A stretch of 64,000 bases of DNA, taken from Lingula anatina (lineage: Eukaryota; Animalia; Brachiopoda). Of the stretch, positions 57,213-64,000 are shown piece by piece (the first letter of the stretch is position 1; every line of letters begins with the position of its first letter). Location of the stretch: NCBI GenBank assembly GCA_051362555.1, contig CM120644.1, positions 3,728,954-3,792,953 of the forward strand, in the 5' to 3' direction. Both the position numbers and the translations under genes were made by a program. A model generated the notes under the pieces. That model searched no databases. It had not been told where the DNA came from and saw nothing but the letters and a program-made list of their open reading frames with translations.

Positions 57213-58784
57213 ATGGCAGCCAATTCTTTCACTAGAGCGAGAAAACGCTCCAACACCGACAGTGCACAGGAGGATGTCCGAATCATACAACGAATTCACG
57301 CAAATCACAAACTGTCCAATGGGAGGCAACAGGGTGGACTGACTAACCAATCACGTGCCAACAGTGACACAAACATTAACGTAATTCAGGATTACTCTCG
57401 GTTGGAAGTAAATCGGAGGGAGTACACGTTGGGTTTAGGGGAGCTGCTCACAGTCAGGTGGCACATTACTGAGGAGACTGATGCCGAGGATTGGATAGGA
57501 CTGTACTCTGTGGGTAAGTGTATGGATTACTGAGGAGACTGACGCTGAGGACTAGATAGGGCTGTACTCTGTGGGTAAGTGTATGGATTACTGAGGTGAC
57601 TGACGCTGAGGACTAGGTAGGGCTGTACTCTGTGGGTAAGTGTATGGATTACTGAGGAGACTGACGCTGAGGACTAGATAGGGCTGTACTCTGTGGGTAA
57701 GTGTATGGATTACTGAGGAGACTGACGCTGAGGACTAGATAGGGCTGTACTCTGTGGGTAAGTGTATGGATTACTGAGGTGACTGACGCTGAGGACTAGG
57801 TAGGGCTGTACTCTGTGGGTAAGTGTATGGATTACTGAGGAGACTGATGCCGAGGATTGGATAGGACTGTACTCTGTGGGTAAGTGTATGGATTACTGAG
57901 GAGACTGACGCTGAGGACTAGGTAGGGCTGTACTCTGTGGGTAAGTGTATGGATTACTGAGGAGACTGATGCTGAGGACTAGGTAGGGCTGTACTCTGTG
58001 GGTAAGTGTATGGATTACTGAGGAGACTGACGCTGAGGACTGGATAGGGCTGTACTCTGTGGGTAAGTATATGGATTACTGAGGATATGTTGCAGGAATG
58101 AAAAGCGGATGTTCAGTATTGATAAATGGTGAAATAGGTTTTTCACAGTCTTGACGTGAATATAGTGAAAAGAAAAGGAAAATGTTATTCTGAAGAGAGT
58201 GAACACATTTTTAGCTAAAGGGTTGATACATCATACCTTCTAGGAAATATCAGGCGATATTGCCTGGTTAATATTGAATTGTACTGAAAACTCTTGATAA
58301 AAGAAAAAGTGACAAAAGCTATTAGTGGTCTGAAATGCAATAGTTAATGGACTTGTTCCGCAGTAACCTCTTGTTCATTTTTTTATGCAGAATGCAAATA
58401 CTGAGTAATTATCAAGCTAAAATACCAGTGATAATGCATACTGTATTATTTTATCCTGTGTAACAGTTAGTGTATCCAGTAAACCTTTGAAAGTGTGATA
58501 TAAGTGTAGATATTTTTCCCCATTCATTCTACTTACATTAACATGGTCTACTACTAGTACAAATTTGTTATACATGCATCAGAGCAATCAAAATTTTCAG
58601 TCTCGAAACTTGTCCCAAATTTGAACTTACTAATGAGAACAAATAAGAACCCTGTGTCATTCTGTGACTTCAGACACAGAAGATCCCCAGGCATTCTATG
58701 ACTACAGGAAGAGAGGGGTCGGCGGGAGCAGTAACGGAGAAATCTACTGGTCCATTGATGAGCAAGAGAGTGAGTTCACTCAGT
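57213..58784 (+). CDS. HECW1/2: 5' part of a HECW1/HECW2 (NEDL) HECT E3 ubiquitin ligase, HECW N-terminal domain; gene continues beyond the window
   Basis: Exon 57154-57513 (ATG 57213): RANSDT...LTVRWHITEETDAEDWIGLY. Phase-compatible exon 58674-58784: DTEDPQAFYDYRKRGVGGSSNGEIYWSID. This matches my recollection of the vertebrate HECW N-domain (WDIKEEVDAGDWIG...FLDYKNRGV.G...GQIIW). Confidence 0.88.
57465..58084 (+). repeat. 61-bp minisatellite, 10 copies plus a partial copy, spanning the HECW exon/intron boundary
   Basis: Unit attactgaggagactgacgctgaggactagatagggctgtactctgtgggtaagtgtatgg; starts at 57465, 57526, 57587 ... 58014, 58075. Confidence 0.97.
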
Positions 58785-60702
58785 GTAAGTAGAAAGAGGA
58801 ATCCAGAAGACGAGAGGCACAGTACAGTAATGACTTGATCATTTCAACCAGGAAATAGTGAATTTTACAGATACTGACTGTATTTTTAAGGTAATAAATT
58901 TAAAAAAATGATTTTCACGTCAAAAACGTCGAATTTGCGAGTTAGATTGGGAAAGTAATGGCTGCCGTTCAACTGCCTCTTCCGTTTTAACCATGCATCT
59001 TACGGGCACACAAGTCATATAACAGGCCACCCTACCCACACAACCATCGACTTCAAAGATCAGGCAAACAAAGAATTAGCCTGCAAAAATGCTTTGCAGG
59101 CAATTAGAACATTCCAGTCGAGTGATTGCAGCACAATTAAAAAGCAACCTGCCTAATAGCTCTATTCTATAAAGTAAAAGCATCAAAATGCTGCATAGAA
59201 ATGTTTTATTTATGATTGAATAATTATGTGTCTGAAAACTTGATAATATTTCCTGGTTAAAATGATTGAGGCATTTCAGTAGTATGTTTCCATACTGCTA
59301 TTTACTGGAGAGGTTGAGTGAAACAGTAAAGATGGTGTCTTGAGGGAGGGGGGGTACAATGTGGTCAAGATCAACCAAAAGTTAAAAAAATAATGGCAAA
59401 AAAAAGCTTGACACATGAATTATGACGACACACACACAATAAGTAGAAGGATAAATAAATAAATAAATAAAAACAGAACTGTTCCTCTGTATCTTTGCTC
59501 TATACCCTGATACAGGTAAATATAGAGATAACTGGCTGCTGATGACCTGCCTCCTCTATAGCACCTCTTTCATTGTCCTTGTTAACAAAGTACTACCTGT
59601 GAACCTCAGGTGTCACAGTGTACTAAGCATGGCCTGTGGTTCATATAGTAATGGTGATGATCATGATGACAACAACAAAACAACAACAACAATAATAATA
59701 ATAATATTAATAATAATAATGATAATTTTATTTTCATTCTAAATAGAAAATAATCATTTTTGCTGGCTCTCTCATGTTTTCTATGCAGAAAACCATATCA
59801 TACTGTCAATAAAATCTTACAAAATACATTAAATTTAAGCATAAATATTTTTCTTTAAGTGTTAAAATCATGCTATTTCTTTATTAATAATTTAATATTG
59901 ATAATCGCATTAGTTTTGGGTGTCCAGAGGATATCGTCCATAAAATTAAATCAGTGTATCCTTACTGGTAATATGCAAGTCAAGTTGGATAGAGTCCTGT
60001 ATAAAGCCAGTCGTTTGTCACCTTTTTTGTATGTGTTATTAAATTTTTGCATTCTCAACAGTGAGAGATTCTGGGAATTTGAAGGGATAAAGCTGATCCT
60101 TTCTCAGGAAATGACATAATTCTTGGTTCTTGATGACTCCGTCCTCTTTTGGTAGAAAGCTAAATAATTTCTTAGAATTATTCTTTGCGTGGAAAGTAGC
60201 ATTTTAATTAAAAGATGGCATAAAAAGGATTCCGTTTGATCAACTTATGCCCCATGATCAAATTATGTAGTGATATTCATTAGACATTATATTTATAATT
60301 ACCAGTACAAAAGCAACTGTTTATTTCTTAACCAGTGTGGAAATTTTAAACCTAGGCAAGTAGCATGCATGGTGTCAGAACACGTGATGTCCATGACAAA
60401 TACAATTGTAACAATGTTGTGTCCCCCCAAAGAGATAATAAGACATGGATTTAGAATCTGAAATCTAGTATGTTTCTCTTTCCCATCAGACTAACAGCTC
60501 ACTGTAGAAATCTAACAAGTTAGTGTGTACGTGGTGAATTTCCTCTCTATGGTTTATGTGATCTCAATCTGAGTAACAGAGTTACGTCTTTTTGCTACAA
60601 ATATTTCTTTTACGCCTAATGTTGTGTAAACCATTTGCATGGAATGTCCCGAGGTGGATATTTTTAGAGCTGGTCTGATTCAGAATTACTTCTACGCTAG
60701 GG

Positions 60703-60755
60703 TTTTTTATGTACAGACACAGATGTGTCTGTACATATAGCCATCATCTGCGTCT

Positions 60756-60796
<41 letters not shown>

Positions 60797-63700
60797 GCAC
60801 TTTTACCGATAACACGATAAGTGGAAAACCATTTTGCCTTTTGCTTTGAAACTTGCAGAACTGATGAATATTCATAATACGCAGGTCAAGTTCGAAAATC
60901 AGCATGATCGGGTCACTCTTAGGGAATTTATGCTGTTTTTTCACTTTTTTCAACATATATGCAGCACCGATAACACGATAAGTGGAAAACCATTGTACCT
61001 TTTGACTTGAAACTTACAGAACTGATGAATATTCATAATATGCAGGTCAAGTTCGAAAATCGGCATGATTGGGCCATTTTTAGGGAATTTATGCTGTTTT
61101 TTCACTTTTTCAGCATATATGCAGCACCGATAACACAGTAAGTGGAAAACCATTTTACCTTTTGGCTTGAAACTTACAGAACTGATGAAAATTCTTAATA
61201 CGCAGGTCAAGTTCGAAAATCAGCATGATTGGGCCATTTTTAGGGAATTTATGCTGTTTTTTCACTTTTCAAAATAAATGCAACACTGATAACACAATAT
61301 AAGAAAAACGGATTGGCCAATTGGCATTATATTCACAGGAGTGGTCAATCTTACTAAAATGCAGGTTGAGTTCGAAAATCAGCATAATCGGGCCATTATT
61401 TTAGAAGTTATACTGTTTTTTCACATTTCCTCAGATTCAATTATTAGGCATGTTAACAGTCTCATTATTGAACTAATTAGATGCGTAAAAGTGTTTGTTT
61501 GATATTTCCTGCATCTTTACAACATTGTTAGTTGATTATGTAAAAAAACATGGTAAACTTGTTATCATGTATTGTGTAATAAAGTGTCAAAAATGGAAAT
61601 AAACTCATATCATTGCAGTTTGTCAGATTCAATCATCCACTATGTTCAGAATCTCAGAATGGAGGAAATTGGACATTTAACACTGTTCTATTGATACTTT
61701 TCCCATCTCATCAATTTTCTTAGTTGGACATATAAAAATGGCAGTAAAATGCTTATTTTGTTTTTTGTTAAAAAAAAGTGTTAAAAATGGAAATAAACCC
61801 ATTTCAGAACAGTGCTATCTTGTTTACATTTTGGCATTATCAAGGCGTGACTTTGAAGTTCCATGTGCCTGAAGACCTTTGCTAGTCACATTTTCTGAAT
61901 ATCTGTGATACAAATATTTTATAATTAAAAATTGATGGTCATTAAGCTGTTAAACATTATGTAATATTGCATCAAAATTTGAAGAAACCCCATTTTGGGC
62001 ACTGCTTCCATGATGACCATTTAAGGGAAAACATGTCACTTGCTGTTCTCAAACTTACAAGAAAGAAACATGGGTCTAACATACAGCCTCAGTAGGCAAT
62101 GCAGTCTGTTTGGTAAATTTTTCTGGCAATTTAACAGTTTTTTTGTGAAAATTTAATTTTTCACTTATTGACATTTTCAAGGTGCGACTTAGAACCTCCA
62201 CGGGCTTGAAGACCCTTGCTAGTCACATTTTCTGAAAATCCATGACACGTATATTTTATCATTTAAAATTGATGGTCATTATGCTGTTAAGCATTATGTA
62301 ATGTTGCATCAAAATAGAAGAAAACACAATATTTGGTGCTGCTGCCATGATGACCATTATGGGAAAACGGTGTTACTTATTACTGTCAAACTTTCAAAAA
62401 AGAAACACAGGACTAAAATGCAGCCCGAGTTGGAAAAGCAGTCTAATTGGCTTCTTTTTCTGGAAGTTATACACTTAGTGAAATATTCATTATCTTTTTG
62501 GCATATTCATTGTGGGACTCAGAGCTCCTATGGACATGAAGCCTAATGGTAATCAAATTTTCTACATGTCCATGCTATTTATAGTCAATAATCAAAAATT
62601 GGTGATAATTATTCTATAATTTATTATGTAATGTTACATCAAAATTGACAATAATCTTTTTGCACTGCTACTGCAAACATTATGAAAAGAAAACTGTTAC
62701 TTATTATTATATTTAACTTATAAGAACGATTTTTAGGATTGGCATGCAGTTCAAATTAGAAAGCCAGGTCAATTGGGTCATCATTTTTATTAAATTTATG
62801 CATTTTTTGTGAAATTTTCATTTTTCTCATTCTGGCACTTTCTAATTGAAAACTTGAACTCTGATGGGCCTGGAGCCTTATGCTTTTACTTTCATCAGTG
62901 TTACCTGTTGTGCATAATTAAAATTTTATGTTGACTGTGCAGTTAAACATAATGTATTATTGCATCAGAATTGGGCAGTCTCCTGTTTTTGTGCATTATT
63001 GTTTTCTGCTTTTCTTAAGGTGTGACTTATGGGCCTGAAGACCTTTGATAGACAAATTTGTGTGGTCAGTCTGTTAATTCCCCTTGGGTATTCACAAGGC
63101 TAATTTCAGTGCTTTAAACTCATTTACCTAATTAAGTAGCCATTAATTGAAATTTCATAAAGCACACTTGTTGATATTTCCCTGTTAAGCTCTCTGCTAG
63201 ATAACATAGTGTCCATAATAAGGAAGCAGTGAATAACAGCTTCATTAGAATTATATTTTTGTTGTTTCTATTTAATTTTTTCTCCAACACTGGCATTTTT
63301 AAGATGTGATTTTTAACTCCCATCCACCTGAGGCTGTGCACATTTTCAGTATTTCCACATAAGCAGCTGTATTGGTATTTATGTCTTTAAACACGATGTA
63401 ATATTATTTTATGCACTGTCATCATTTTTCATATATAGGGACTTTCATCATGTGAATTTTAACTCTCATGGTCCTGACATTGTAATCTTATTGAAAGGGT
63501 GGATTAAGACCATCTTCTGGGTCTCCTGGAAGACAGTCAGATTTTACAGTTTATATTAACGGGTTTCTGTTGGAAGACTATCAAAATGGAGGATGGATCA
63601 ACAAAGATACTTTGGAATACTGTCAGAAAATATCTCTGAATCTGCTCCTGTTATTGACCATGTTACCTGTTGTGCATGATTAAAAATCAGTGTTGACTGA

Positions 63701-63814
63701 CTGTGCTATTATAAGCATTTATTATTGCATCAAAATTGACATAATGACCTATTTTGCATCTTTTTTTTTTCTGTTTTTTGTCTGTACATTTGACAGCTTT
63801 GCTGCCTTGTTTTT
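60703..63814 (+). mobile_element. Helentron-associated (HINE / DINE-1 / pearl-like) non-autonomous element with internal tandem repeats
   Basis: 5': T-run, subTIR ATGTACAGACACA with adjacent IR TGTGTCTGTACAT, then (GTCGTCGCC)n microsatellite. Core repeats of about 160 bp at 60805, 60966, 61126, 61285. 3': subTIR TGTCTGTACAT (63779-63789), stem-loop GACAGC-TTT-GCTGCC, T-run. Confidence 0.75.
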
Positions 63815-64000
63815 AGTCTGTGTGAACTTTTAAAGCAGATGTATAATTTGTAAATAAATACAATTCTCTACTAGAAGGTGCAAGTATATCTTCCATACCA
63901 TTTTATAAAGTGTAAAAGTTTCTTGATAGAAAATGATACAGATAATTCTGCTTAGCAAATAGACCAAAGCATGCATGCTGCATCTGCACATGGACGCACA

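Noticed and set aside
57465-58084. Regularly spaced repeats resembling a CRISPR array
   Set aside because: No unique spacers: the whole 61-bp unit repeats, it derives from a eukaryotic exon/intron junction, and there are no cas genes.

Overview
AT-rich, intron-rich animal DNA, probably from a marine invertebrate such as a lophotrochozoan (inferred from gene structure and repeat types). I spliced the genes by hand across GT-AG junctions and checked reading phases. (1) 3933-5222 (+): an unrecognised 86-aa secreted protein. (2) 17004-6204 (-): a 15-exon, 779-aa divergent GABA-B-like class C GPCR. (3) 51817-20975 (-): a complete 14-exon, 914-aa BARD1 (RING, ankyrin repeats, two BRCT domains). Its intron 6 (23.65 kb) is almost entirely a tandem triplication. 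(4) Each triplicated unit carries an intact 5-exon antisense gene of about 370 aa with a hydrophobic leader, a DxDxDG loop and an EExxH...E zincin-like motif. From memory, this motif set resembles uncharacterised marine prokaryotic proteins, so the gene is a candidate intronised horizontal transfer. This is the most interesting item in the window. (5) 57213 onward (+): the 5' end of a HECW1/2 (NEDL) E3 ligase, head-to-head with BARD1, whose first coding donor site is amplified into ten 61-bp repeats. Mobile DNA includes PIF/Harbinger-type MITEs, hAT-like elements with 5- and 6-bp TSDs, and a 3.1-kb Helentron-associated (HINE-like) element with 160-bp core repeats. No database searches were run; family calls rest on recognised motifs.
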